A stretch of 64,000 nt of DNA from Yuukianura sp. NJ FZ-2021 (Eukaryota). Below, in pieces: positions 15,801-29,473 of the stretch. The DNA is taken from contig CM102285.1 of NCBI GenBank assembly GCA_046563655.1, positions 8,804,001 to 8,868,000 of the forward strand, read 5' to 3'. Position 1 is the stretch's first letter; the number at the start of each line of letters is the position of its first letter. A model generated the notes under the pieces. The model was given only the letters and a program-made list of their open reading frames with translations, was not told where the DNA came from and ran no database searches. The translations under genes and the position numbers were made by a program.

Positions 15801-18800
15801 TTCTGAGCACTGAAATGACAAGGACTATAAAGAAGAGACCTTTCTCCTTGCTTATGCTTCACAATGTAGTTTGAAGAAAACAATATTATATGCACAGTAG
15901 GAGAAAATTGATAAAACAGTTGACTGACTTTCCCTGTCTTGCTTTTCTCCAGGCCTCCGAAACACAAGTGACATTTTGTCAAAATAACTTCAGTTTTACT
16001 TGAGATGGTGGCGCGAGGTTCCATACCCTTTGTAATGGAGATCTTGTTTGTGAATATGGGAAAAGTAAACAATGGGGTGGCTTTATGAGGGTGTTCCTAG
16101 CGGCCAATTTTTTATGGCTCACTCGTGTCAGGCTGTATCTAAGGGCATCCAAGGTTACCGGAAGCTAGGAATACAAATTGACTTTCAAAATTTCAATTTC
16201 GAATTTATTTGATTTGACTCTTTTTTGAATTCACAGCAAACTGGCAAGTGTAGAGGGATTTTTTTTATTTCAGAATGCAGTAGTATTGATAAAGCGAAAA
16301 TTTTAGTTCCTGTAAAAGTGATGCCGAAGTCGATAGAGTTTGAATGTGAAAGTAATTACTGCCAGTTAATCTCCGCAAACCAAATGACTTTCTCCGGGGG
16401 CTGGAAACCTTATTTCAAGGTCCGTCTAGTTGAACTGTTTTAATAAAAACGACGAAAGGCGCTGCAGTCGTTTGCTCTTCCTGGGAACTCTCCTTGACTG
16501 CCAGGCTGCGATCGACATTTGGAGAGAAGTGCGAAGCATATTTTCTTTGAACTGCTTTCACTTGTGCTCATTTGCCCCTTCACAAGTCATCGTAAACATC
16601 CGTCCAATCAAGTGATTATCTGCACAACTGCTCTCGACAGTCCAAGAACTTCCATTCGGGAACTCCGCAGGCCGAAGCTGACTCCAAATCTTTTGGGCAG
16701 AATGGGACAGAGAAAGGAGAAAGTTTTTTCTGGACACGGAAAGTACTTAGAATGGGAATTAGAACGCCTTCTCCGTGTCCCTGTCCACATCATGTCCAAA
16801 ATGAATTGTAGAACTTTCACTTCCAATCTCACGTTCATAAAGGACAACAAGCAATAAGGTATACCGGAAAAAATAAATATGTTAAAGTGGACTAATATTT
16901 GTAAAATACAGTACTATATGATAATATATACTAATATATAGTAAACTATATAGGCTGTTGAAAGGTTGCACGAAGTAAAGTTTTACTAATTACAAGGTAA
17001 CTTCACTATGCTTTTATTACCGCTTACTTATTTTAGGGTGATGTAAATCAGAAATACATTTTATACACTAATTCATTTGCATTGAATTTGTTTTTGTTGT
17101 AATTGGATGGTTCTAATTTTACTGAAGCTTTTTGGACAATAAATGCATCAATTAAGAGTAGAAACTTCAATTTGTTGTGACAAACAATTCCCTACGTCAC
17201 AAATCGTAATTTTAAAAACAAGAAAATAGGTATATGCAGTGTTGACCGAATTGATTTGTCCAAAAGACAGACCAACATTTTTAGTCAAGAGAACGTCTAT
17301 AGAAGTCATAGCTTAGTCCGTAGAGCCCGGACAACAAAAACTTTTTTCTTCTGGTTCCAGAAAGTGCACGGAAGTGACTGGAAAGTATAGAAAAGAAAAT
17401 TCGCACTTTTTGCACTGTGATCTCTGGATCATCCAGCCAATTCCTGGGCCACTTATGAGTACCAAGACGCCTTGGAAAAACCCCCTACACCCTAATCTCT
17501 CCTCCCCACCAAATCGGAGCGTGTCACCCAGCAGTTGTTGGTGGCAGGAATTTCAAAAAGCCACTGCCGCTAATGTCGCCATTTGGGATTGGCAACAAGG
17601 GTTCTTCAAAAGCTACCCGCCTAACGGTAACGTCCCCCAAAATTATAATAATAAATTCGGGAATCACTTTCCCAGGCAGTCTGGTGCTCTCCAGCTCCAA
17701 CCCCACTGCCATATTCGTCCCTGGAATCAATTTAATTTTATTGGACGTTCATAATATCCACTTTTGGAAGTTCGTAAAGTTTAGCCCTCCTAAAGTGGGT
17801 TAACGGCACTTGGGCTAATGGAACTCCCCTGCTACCCTCTGCTTGACTGCATCAATGTCACTCCAACACTACTAACTCTAATTGTCATTTTATTCCTCCA
17901 AGTACTCATCAACCAACATCTTTTATGCGACAATTCACAATGAATTTTAGATCAATTGAGGCAGAAACCTTCTTTTCCATCCTCACCTTAGTGAGGAGAA
18001 AGTACTAACTTGAAAATAGTATTTTTTTTTTGTAATTTTTTTAACCTCCAAGATGGACCGAGAAGAGTTTGAAAGTAATGAAAATAAATCGGAATGACCC
18101 GGCCTTAGATAGTAATCGTTAAAGAGTTCAATAATGGACTCCTCATCGCTGGTGCTTCGGAGTACTTTCTCCACTTTCTTCCGGACACTAACCGCTGCCA
18201 TTAGGTTTCTCCACTCTTTCAAATTTCAGTGTTCACTCGAGTTACAACTGTTATTGTCCTCCTTCATCTTTCCTAATCTTAGAAAAAAGTGAAATAAAAA
18301 TAAAAATCTTATACATCATTTGAGAGCTGTAGTGCTGGGAGATGGTGGGAAGTGCCTGGAGGAGCAGCAGGAACCTAATAAAGGTCCTTTCTTTCCTGAT
18401 TTCTTTTCATCTGAGGCTTCCTTTTGTACTTTCTTTTCTGAGAATAACAAGAAAACCTTCGAGCACAAGTCTCTCAAGATGAGCTTTTACTTCGCTACCA
18501 ACAATTCAATGAACAAAAATAAGAAATGGATAAGAGCGTTCTAGAAACAAAAAAATCCTACAGTTTTGTGAAGCCTTTTCACTTGGGACTTGTGAGTCAA
18601 AACTTGTTTTTACGCCTTCACAGATCAAGTCCTCTTTTGTTAATGGAGAAAGTTCTTTTACATGGAAAATGATGCTACTACATGTAGAGGAAACAGAATC
18701 AGTGAAATCAGTATTATAAGTGTGTACCTTTATAACCTGTCAGGTAAACAGGTTAAGACATTTAACCAAGGAAAAGTCTATTGACAACAGAACATTTGAA

Positions 18801-21800
18801 GGTGTAAAAGTGTATTGCAACTTTGTAGTCCAATTTGCAATTTGTTTTCTGCCCACCACAAATTTGTAACATAAAAACATTCGGTTGACGTGATTGATTA
18901 ATTATAATTATATTCTCACTTTGTAATCAATCTATTCATTAAACCAGGTTTCCCCAAAATATTAATTATTTTCTACCAATGCCTGGACTTTTTTGATCTT
19001 GTGCTTTAGTAATAAAATGTTGAAATGAGAAAACTTTTTTGTAAGCCCGGATATCCCTCTACTTCAGAAACCGCAGACGCGAACAGAGATCAATCATGCT
19101 CGCGAGGATCATCTCTACCATTTGAAGTGCATTTGAAGTAATTAATGAATGTTAACTATTAATAATTAGTAATTAATTACAAATTGCTTAAAAGTTCACT
19201 CAACATGCACCAGTGCGGCCATGGCATCATTGACTTTTCATGAGAACTGAAGGAACACATGTATTTCATTTCCTGTGTCTGCACCGTTTCCGCAAAGTTC
19301 TACGTCATTTTAACAGTAAAGCTGTGCCAGAGTTCGTTTAAATTGCCTGGGGATCGAAAGCCCCTATTAAATCGAGTCGTTCGTGACCGGTTTTCTGAAG
19401 AATTAAAAATTTTCCGTCTCCGCTTTCCCCGTGACTGTCCTAATCCCATTATGTAGAGGTCTGAGAGCATTTGAATAGAAAATTGACAAAATCCGGAATG
19501 AAATTACGGTTGGTTGAGGTTTAAGCATCCTTTTGTAGGATGGAAAATGCAGTCAGATTCTAACGTCGGCCAATTTCGAACCTCCAGAATTTGGAAGTGT
19601 AAATAAGGTGCTCCAGGACCAGGGTGAGTTCAGTCTCTCACGAGAACCCGAAAGAAGCACATCTAAACTTTCACGCTTTTCACCACAACTTGGATCCAGA
19701 ACTTGAAAAAAAAAGTTCAGGACACGCCGTTCCACAAGGACTCCTTGACTGTCACTCATCCATTTCCCTCTGCTCACTATTAACTTCCCGACTGTCCATC
19801 AAATCCACTGTGGTGAAAGTTCAAGTACAGAAAGTCAAATTGCACGTCAGTCAAGTTGTCAAGAACAGTTTCCGTGGAATCACCAACCCACCGGTACTCT
19901 TTGGTCGGAAGACCGTTGGACATTTTAAAGTATGATTTCAAATTTTTTGGCCTTTACCAAATCCAATTGCAGAGAAAAGAACTAAAGAAAACGGGACTGA
20001 ATCTTCGTCCGTTACAACTTTCCTTGACTAAAAAAAGTTTCCAACCTATTCCAAAGAATTTCTACCCGGATTGTAAAACCTATACTAGCGTCAGTAACAA
20101 ATAACTGTCCTGAAACTTTTGTCTAATTTGGATCTGAAACAGAACAGCGTCTCCAATTCTGCACTTAAGGTAAGGAAACTTTCGAATTCCCTTAATTTGC
20201 CCGTTCACTTTCACCCGCACTTTCACTTTCATTACTAAAAGTCCAAAAACTAAAACTTTTCTTTCCTCCAAACTGAGTAATTACACCCTACTCTTTTTAA
20301 AGCTAAGCTTAAAGTTTTTTAAAGTAAAACAAAATTTCAAAACGAAAAGTAAAGTTTTAATTGAACACCTTCCTCCGTCATTTTGTTCGAAATCTTGCCC
20401 AGCAGAGCTTTCAAAATTTACTTTTAATTTTTAAAATGTAAGACTTCTTTTGTAACATCCCAACTTTATCTAGCCTTCCGGTTATGTCATGTCAGTCAGC
20501 TTTTCTTATTAATTAGAAAGAAGAGATGGTTTTCCCACTGGGTATGTACGTTTTAAAACAAATTGCATGTTTAATGCGCTCGGAATTTTTTCAAATGTGT
20601 CAACGCTTGCATTTCTAGCAGGTCTGCATTCTGTATGACCTACAAAAGCAACCCGAAGACATGTTTAAAAAAGCGCTGTGCTTATTTAAAATTCAAGTTC
20701 CAATTTCTTTAGAACAAAAGACAAGAAGACCCAACGGCTTTCAAATTAAAGTGAAAGTTTTTTTCCTTCTTTTTCCCCATATCCCGACAACCCCGAGCGC
20801 TTTCTTACTCGAAATTCGAAAAAACTGTAGTGCAAAATAGGACAGACCCACACAGACTGGCGCGATGGCTCATTCCATTCTTAATGTAACTCCGTTTTCA
20901 ATTAAACATGAAACTATGTTTAATAGAAGAACCTTAATGAGAACATGAAAACAAGCAACTTTGTTTGGAGCTGTTGGGATTCGAGTTCTGTTTGACACAA
21001 AGTTTGAATGCGATGAGACACCATGTTTTTTAATTTATTATAAAGGACTGCCTCAGTGCTTTTTCCCACACATCAAAAACTAGAGGAGCTTTTGACTCTG
21101 CCAAACTAAATTACTTTTCCCCATGGGGAAAGTATCCATAGGAATTTTCTTTGTCTCGCCTCTCCAGTTCCTGGGAAATCCCATCAAATGGAGACAGCAA
21201 CAAGGTCCTTTGGTTTTCTGTATGCTTCACTGAGCAAAACGCAAAGATTTAATTTCAGCCGCACATCCACATTTAAGTAATACGCTTCACACATTTGATA
21301 TTATTCCTCTTTTGTCTTTCATTTGCTTTAATGGTGAAAGTCAATTCTCATCTAAAACGGATTTGTTCATTAATTTAATTGAGCATTAAACCCCTTCCAT
21401 TGAAAGTCTGGTTCACGTTAGGTTACGTTAAGGTTTTGGAGAATGAAATTACGTTAAGTTTACTGTGCATATTCACTTAATTTAGATTGGATAAACGAGG
21501 GAAATTAGATTCTATGTCAAATTTTGAACTTTCAATTGAGTTATGGCCTAAATGTGCGGTTAGGCTGGCCCATTATCAAAGTTAAAAAATTTTGAGGGTA
21601 TTTTTAAAGTGCTTATTCGCAGTTTTTTTTTATTAACTCGGCTACCATAACCATTTTAGCGAAATAAGACTAGGCGTATGGAGTTTCCACATTAATTGGA
21701 TTTGTTTCTACCTATCCAGTGAGCCTTGGAAAATTCACCTGTTTGTTTTCACTTGTGGCTTGCTTGGAGCGTTCTGCAAATGAAATTCTTCAAGTGGGAC

Positions 21801-24276
21801 GTGGAATTGACATTGTAAAATGTGCTGGCCTGAGGTTAGCCGAGTTCAACCTAGTTTCTGTGTTATAATTCTGGAACATAAGTCGTTTCCTTATTGTGAA
21901 TGGAAGACATGACGCTGCTCTAATCTGCCAGAGATTTATGAGATGAAAATAAAGTGGATAATGAGGAAAGTTCTGAGGATTTGTTTCGCGGGGTTTTTCC
22001 TAACGGAACGTCTTCAGTGAAAGCTCTAAGCTGCGAAATGGTTTGGAATCCTGTGGGTAATGGCTTCCTTTTTTCTTCCCCTCTGCAGAAGATGACTAGC
22101 CCTGACACAAGTGATGAAAGACAGAGATTAAGTTCGAAGTCTCCTACACTACCCGCAGTTAAGAACTGAAATCAGGACGCAAAGTGGTTCGTGTCATGTT
22201 AACATAGGACTTTACGGGTGACGTTCAACTTAAAGGCTAAAAACAGTCAAAAGCGTAAAGCTAAAAGCAGTTTCACATATTCACAGGAATCCTCGTACAT
22301 GTATGTTCTTAAAACTTGGTTGCTGTCATTGTTTTTCGCAGAAAGTAAACTGAAACCATGCTTCAGGTCATGAAATGTCGTGTGCACATCTTCAATTTGT
22401 TCTTGTTTACTCATATGCCTATAGCATTGTTTTGAGAACTTCTTCTTTGCAATTTTTCTCATGTTCTGTGCGCCTTTCTTCTACAGTGAAAGTTTTCTTT
22501 TTCTGTTTTCAGTATGAAACCCCAACTTTTTTGTTGTGTTTTGTTTCACCTTATTTCAAAAAAGTTTTCACGCATTTTCAAAACAAAAATGCTTCGTTGG
22601 ATTATGTTTCAACGTTGTTTAGAACAGTACGACTTTTCTATTGATCTTTTCTCATCGTTGGCTGTAAAAACAGCTAACTTTGAAGTTCATTTAACGCAAT
22701 GTTAGCTCGGAAATTCACTGGTGAGAAACACTGAAAGTATTTTTCTAAATATTTTAATATTTTATTCGCTTTATAAGATTTCACCAAGAAACTATCCTTA
22801 GAAGCCGGAAACGCGAAGAACCTTGTTATTAGCATTGTTACACAAATTGGTTTACGTAAGTCAAATTGAAAAGTTTACATTTAGAGTGCTTTTGTTACTA
22901 TGTAACAATAACAAACCATCTTCGCATGGTAGTTAGAAATTGCCTGACATACATTTTTAACAAACAACTTTTGAAAGCTTCTTTCGATGTTTTCCTTCAA
23001 ACAAACCATGACAAAGACCATCAGTCAAGGCCTGTCAACAATGTTTCCTTTGACAGCGGATAGTCCAAACCATAATTAAATAACTGAAAAACAGAGTATC
23101 AAATTACTTTCCTAGAAAGAAGTAGACTCTTAGTTTCTTAAACCTCTCTAGATAGACATTAACTTGCTCAAGCAAAAACTTAGTCCCAAGAATCTTCTAA
23201 AAACAACCACATTTTTCTTCACAAAGCTCAACCTAGACCTAAGAAAGCAGCTTACACTACCCTAAGTAGGTGGACTGACAGATTCGGTTGTTGGAATTGC
23301 CACAGAAAAATAAGCTGCAAATGGACTGCGTTCGTTTCTGCGAAGGGAAAGAGCTTAAGTTCAAAGGAGTGCCTTCTTCTGGAATAAAAAAAGAGAGAAA
23401 GTTAGGCAAAGTTGACAGTTGTGAGGATTCAGCAGAATTTTTAGGCTGGATTTGCATCTCATTGAAGCAGAATCAAAGCTACTTCTGCCTCCTTCCGCTG
23501 TTATGTAACATTTGCCTTATGAATTATTTGTGAGCAGAGGCTTTAGTTCATTATTTACTGTTACTTTAGAATAATAAATTACATTTCGTAAAATCAAGTT
23601 AGAAGGAGAAGGAGTGAAGAGCGGTTGTTAAAGCACTTCACTTCACCTGGATTGCATTTTCTTTAAAATTTCGAAAAATTTGAAACTCAAATTTAGCCAA
23701 AGAATTTTGTGGCCGACAGGATAAGTAATGGATTTTAAAGCTCCTGCGTCATGGAGCTTTCTATTCTGGTCTGAAAGTATCTATCTTCATGGTTGACGTT
23801 GAGTGGAGATCGAACACGAAAATTTAAAACTGAGCAGTGAAAGTTGGTGTGAAAAGAGCATGTAAAGGCTAATTTAAACCGTCTGAATGCGTTTGGCTGT
23901 GGGTAAAACGTGAGGAACTAACCAAACCACAGCCTCTGATGTTGAAATCACCAAATTAGGTTAGCATACGCTAACTTGGTTGATCCACTGTCACTCTCGA
24001 CCTTAATCTAAACCATAACGGAACTTGACTTACATCACCAAATAATTTCATGGCTTGATAAACTTTGTATGATCAAAATGTATAAATGAATGCAGAATGT
24101 GTCAGGCACAGAGATGAATTTACTTTTACTACATGGAAGGGTTTGGTTTTTAGCTTCGGTGACGCAAGTCTGTTTAATAAATTTTCCTAAAAGTTTAATT
24201 TAGAACAGAAATGGAGAAATTTGAAATTAAAATGAACACTTAAGTACTATTTCAAATTGAAGAGTACAGAAGAATG

Positions 24277-24801
24277 CAGTGTTGGAAAAACCCAGGGGAA
24301 TTCGAACGAGAAGAAGGTTTCCCCGCGAAATATTAAAGACCCCGGGGTTTATGGGGTTTAGTGGGGAAATAGGGATTTTCTCTTAAGGAGTACTTATAGC
24401 TCAAGCGTACATAAAAATCCAGGGTTGGTGGAAGATATCCTCCACCGTCCCTGATAAAATCGTTCACTTTTCTTTGAATTTTTATCTAAAACTTATTTTA
24501 GAGCTGGACACTTTTTATTTTCAAATCTACAAATGTATGAAACTATAAGAATTTTATTTTTTAGTTTTCACGCCGCGTAGTAAAATTTCATCAATCATCC
24601 TAAGAATTCAATCATGAAAAAAATTGGTAAATTTTTACGCGTCGGTTAACTGTGAGAGTCATCGATGCAACCATTAGTTATATTCATTCTATGCACATAA
24701 AATTAAAACCCCCAATTTCCCCACCCCAGTCGAACCATTTTAATGCCCATTTTCCCTATTTTTCGCGGGGTGGGAAAAATGAGGTGGGGTCGCCAACACT
24801 G
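24277..24801. mobile_element. hAT-like non-autonomous DNA transposon (MITE), 525 bp
   Basis: Termini CAGTGTTGG...CCAACACTG. Flanking 8-mers GAAGAATG (24269-24276) and GCAGAATG (24802-24809) match 7/8, consistent with a TSD. GGGG/CCCC-rich subterminal regions. Confidence 0.7.
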
Positions 24802-25735
24802 GCAGAATGAGCGGAACATGCTGCTGCAAGGCCTGGAGCCTTCAGACTTAATTTTGTATTTAATTCTTGAAAGACTGAAGAAAACAAGAGTGAAAGAGGA
24901 GAAATTCATTCATTCTTATACGTCTCATGTTCATGTTGCTGTGAAAGTCCAATAAGAACGCAAGAACGGGCAGTTTCTAGGATTCCTCGTAATATGTACT
25001 ACTATCCATTAAAATAAAAGTCGAATTTGAATACGCTGGAATTCACCAAGCTATCACTGAAATCTCGTAAATGAGATTTTTCCTTTTGAAGTTATACTAT
25101 CCTTCTTCGGAACTTCCGTTTTCTGTTCTTTTTCTTGTTTTGTGGTAAAGTAAAGAAAGGATTCGAAAAACTGAAAAGTTTGATTCTAAAGAAGGTTTTC
25201 GCCTTTTCGAAAACAAAGAAAAGAAGTTGAATTATTAATCGTTTGCTCTGCCGGAACTACGCTGCTTCTGTCAAGATCCTGTGAATTATTGACTGGGATT
25301 ATATACTTCTTCTATGGGATTACGAATATAGGATTGTTTTTTTTTCGAAATCGATGCTATGTACAGTAATAAATACTAGATTTTTAACTTTCTTTGGTTT
25401 CTAGTAGCTCGGATTTTAGATTTTAGAAAGCTTAGTACTTTGACAATTTTTTTCTTAAAAGTGCACTTCGGGATTGTTTACGAATCGTTGAAACTTCCAG
25501 CTTTCACTACCTCTTCAATAATTCAGAATTTACGAAAGTTCAAAAGAAAAAGGAAAGTGGGTATTCAAAACATGATTGATGGACATAAATTTTATTTGAA
25601 TGATTTTTCTGGTTTAAAATTCTGACTAAAATTGATCGCATCTAGATTGTGTAATATCATCATGATTGAGTATTTATGATCTGATGATTGACTGGTTTGT
25701 TATGTCTACGTTAGCGTTTGAGTTTTGGTGACAAC

Positions 25736-26844
25736 TTAGCGGTTTTGCGACGTGGCCGACGCTGTGGCAGTTTGCATTCCCCCTGCATTTCCTCCTGGCG
25801 GAGGTGCATTTTGGTCATCTGTACCGAAACATCGGAAGAGACTAAAGAAATAAAGTTTGAACATTGTATAAGTTTGAAATTGCCTCATCTATTTGTGTAC
25901 TTAGGCTTTCTTATTTTAGTATAAATTACGTGAGAGCCGTAAAGAAACCCGTCCAGAATCCATTCCTGCTCGAAAAGGAACCAAAACAAAAGAACCAGGT
26001 TTTAAACAACACGTTTCAAAAAGCTTTCAAACTTTCAAATTGACTTACCCATTTCGGCAATTAGCAAGACCAGCAGCAATTCCCATTCCGATTAGAAATA
26101 TAATGCACAGAATCAGCAAAATAAAAGCGAGTTTTCCCATTTTCTCAACAAATCCAGGTTTGTCAACGAAGTCAAGCGAGTATTCCAACTGGAAAGGTTA
26201 AAATGAATACTCAACGTTAGCAAATCACAGGCATTGACCTTTGCCTACTCCTTAAACAGTGGTTTTAGTAGTACCGCACAACTGCCAACGAGGACGTAGG
26301 GGTCATCAACATCATCGAATCCCTCGCATGTGACTTTCACTTTCCCGAATTTGATGGTACCTGGCATCTCTGCCTTGCAATCCCACTATGAAGAAGTGTT
26401 TAAAAAATTGAATTAAAGCCTCCTCCTCAATGTTAGATTCAGTTTTGATTGGTTTTACCTTAGGCAAGTGATTGTACTTTCCAGCGTTGCGACATTGGAC
26501 TGTCGATGGAGTAAATTTGTCGCAGCCATACGTTCCGCCGATGCAATTCAACTGCGGAACTGCAGGGACGCGACGAGCAGTGGTGTAAAATTCGTCATAG
26601 AAAATCAGTGTCTGAATTTTGGCCATTTTGACTTTGTTGTATTGCGATGAAGTGAAGAAGTAGCCTGGAAAATTTCAGAATTTTGAAAATGATGCAGCCA
26701 AATGCAATTAGTTTTTCCCTAAAACCATATTTTTCGCTTGGTTGATGCTATATTTTTGTTTCACACGTTCCACAGGTACTTACCGGTCGTAGTACCGCAG
26801 AGAAGGCCAAGTGTGACCAAAAACGCTAAAAACTCCATTTTCAT
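25736..26844 (-). CDS. SARAF: SARAF/TMEM66-like single-pass membrane protein, 6 exons (26844-26784, 26664-26459, 26385-26275, 26188-26049, 25968-25930, 25841-25736), about 220 aa
   Basis: Signal peptide MKMEFLAFLVTLGLLCG; TTARRVPAVPQLNCIGG...VQC...WDCKAE...VTCEG...DDPYVLVGSCALEYSL with 6 luminal Cys; TM helix; GFWTG motif. Confidence 0.85.
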
Positions 26845-29026
26845 TTTTTCTCTGTTCAAAAAGTTGGTCTGAAACTTTAAGAAGTTTCTAATCTTTATAA
26901 ATCTTTGAGTGTAAATCGATTTCAGAAAATGCTTCAAAAATGGCTACAAAATATTACCTTCGACGGACATGTACAAACAAACAACAATGCATTTTATTGA
27001 TATTTAAAAAAAACAGGGTTGGCTACCCTTGACAACGCTTGTGCTGCTTTCATCAAAAAGTTTTCAGAATTCAATGGCACACGGCAGAGTGAAATCCGTC
27101 GTGTCGAATTGGTGTTTAATAAACCATGAAAACTGGAGAAAGCAAAAACCACACGAAAGGGAATCAAACGTGGGCTGCAGTAACTGTGCACGTATAAAAC
27201 CAAATCAGTTGCTACAAGTCTTTATTCTACTTTCACTTTTATCAAATTTAAGTAGATTGTATTATTTGTTTTTGAAAATTGAAAAGTTTTAGATTTTGCA
27301 AAGAACAAAAGACCTGTTGTAGGTTTCCGGAAAGTTCAATTCCCACGGTCTCTTTATGTTATGCTTTTTTATGTGTTCTTGGGAATTGAAAGAGAAAGGT
27401 GAGACAAAGGCCTCTGAGGAGAAAGTTCATTAGAGTAAGGTTAGGCTGCTTAGATTGTGGGTTGGCTGGAATTCCAGCGGGATTTGGTGGTGGTGGTGAT
27501 GATGATGATGGTGAAAGCAGTTAATGACGGGCTCTGCCCATCATCATCATTAACACTGCTTTCCAATTCATTAGCTCACAGTCCACTTAATCCACTTTCT
27601 CCAGGTTCCATTTAGCGTCTATTCAAACGCATTCAGAAGAACAAAAGCTCAAATGGTCCATCCAGAGTTTCAGATTTTTAGATAAGCCTTTGGGAACTGT
27701 TGCAAAAATGAGTAACATAAATTCAACGTTTGAGTCTTTCTTTTTGTTTACTAAAATTAGCCATTTTCCTCACAACAGTATCGCAATCAGTTGACCACTG
27801 GCAGAATTTCGCTAAACAAAAACATTCACAAAATTGCTAATGCGCATCATTTTGAGTTACAGGCTTATTAATTTAGGTTCTTTCAGTCATTTTAGCCCAG
27901 TGTGATTAGGTTAGATTTTAAGTGAAAAAATAACTTCGAGCGTCCAGGTTATCATTTTCTCTTTTGGCGTTAATCTGTATTATGCATTAAACTGGAAAAC
28001 TTATGCCAATTTTAGGTTACACGCGTGTCGTCGCGTATCCCTGAGTTCCCTAAGTTTAGTGTTGCGCTTTTGAAGAGAAAGTTTTCCTTTTTGGACATTA
28101 CACGTAACCAGGCTTTGGGCTGAAAGCAGTCAGTCGGGTTATGACGACAAGGAAACGAGGCCAATTATTTTGTCGCCGAGATTGTCATCTACAGATACAA
28201 CGAAAATCTGATTTTCCAAAGTTAATTAAAACTTGCATCATGTCCTTCTGTCTAACACCCTTTTGCTGCTGCACGCTCCTGCGGTACTGGTAGAACAAAT
28301 ACAGATTTGTGGGTTCCCCTACTTCTGCTTTTACTTTCCCAGAGTTGCAATAATTGGCACGAGATGAATGAAAATCTGTCGGCTGTTCTCAGTTTTGAAG
28401 GCGTCAAATGGACCTCTGTCTTACGTCATCTTCTGACAAGCTTTTGACTAAATGTGGACTAAAGCCAAAAATAAATCGTTAAACCCGTGTCAATCAAAGG
28501 TAACTCTGGGTTCTATCTCAAAGAGTGCTGTACAACTTTCCAGAAAGGAATGTAACAATTGAAAGAATTTAATGAGAACCGCTAAGCGCTTGGTTCTTGC
28601 CTTCTCAATTTTAGTTTTTTCTATTGAATTTACTTTTAACTTCAAAACGTTGGCTTTGAAATTGTTTGGTTTCCTTTGAAAGTTACTTTCATGCAGGATA
28701 CACTACGCCTTCGAGTTTTTGTTGCGCTAACTTTCACTTTGTACAGAAAAAAAGCATAAGAAGGAACTAGAAAAAAGTAGCTACTAACTAGAATCTATAG
28801 TCTGAAGCTCTTAAATCCTCATCTTCTGAAAAGGAACTAAAGCCCACATAAGACGCACTGGAATACATACATTTTAATTTGTTCCGAATCTTAAACTGCA
28901 GTTTATGGGGATTAAGTTTTAAAACCGCGGGAGAAAGCTGCTTTACCCACATCATTCCAAACTAATCCAAGATGCGTAGGCGGCTGAAGAACTCTCGAAA
29001 CTGAATTAGTTTTCTAGAACTTAATT

Positions 29027-29473
29027 TTTGGAGAGTTAATTGACATTAGCATTTAGCTTTATCAACAGGGGTAGGGAATTTCTGGGTTGGGTTGAGGTCC
29101 TATGAGGTGGGGCGGTGGTACAGTCAGATAGTTGGCGAGAAGTTCTGAGGGAAGGACGAAAGGCTTTCTGCTAGAGCTGAACGGGCTAGGGCCCTACCAC
29201 ATATCACAGCTCCAGGCAAGTGACAGGAACAGCATCGTACGCATACCGGCCCACGACCCCCTCCACAACAGCAACTACTGACCTCTTCACACGCACCCAT
29301 AACCCCCAAACTGACCTATCATCCGAACACCCCATCTGGGCTAGGAAAGTGGAAAAACCATTTCTGGAAAACGACTTTCGTGTCGGCGACGCCGGGACTC
29401 GAACCCGCGCCCGTCCAAGGTGTTAGTAGGATAGAGCCGAAGCTCTAGTCCCCCCGGCCTACGGGCCTTGGAC
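29027..29473 (-). mobile_element. tRNA-derived SINE, about 447 bp
   Basis: 16-bp TSD TTTCTAGAACTTAATT (29011-29026 and 29474-29489). The minus-strand head has an A-box-like TAGGCCGGGGGG and B box GGTTCGAGTCC and resembles tRNA-Leu/Ser. GC-rich relative to the flanks. Confidence 0.85.

Noticed and set aside
17400..17850. GC-richer block resembling a transposon remnant
   Set aside because: Only one possible terminus seen; no matching TIR or TSD and no coding signal.
10704..25625. Many 60-165 aa ORFs from the six-frame track
   Set aside because: F/K/L/S-rich translations typical of AT-rich non-coding DNA, with no domain motifs and no consistent exon chain.
29095..29165. Hammerhead ribozyme (CTGAGG...GGACGAAA)
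   Set aside because: The core is CTGAGGG rather than CUGANGA, and stems I-III cannot be formed.
29385..29473. Functional tRNA gene
   Set aside because: Has a B box and T-arm but no proper acceptor or anticodon stems, and lies inside a TSD-flanked insertion, so it is a SINE head.
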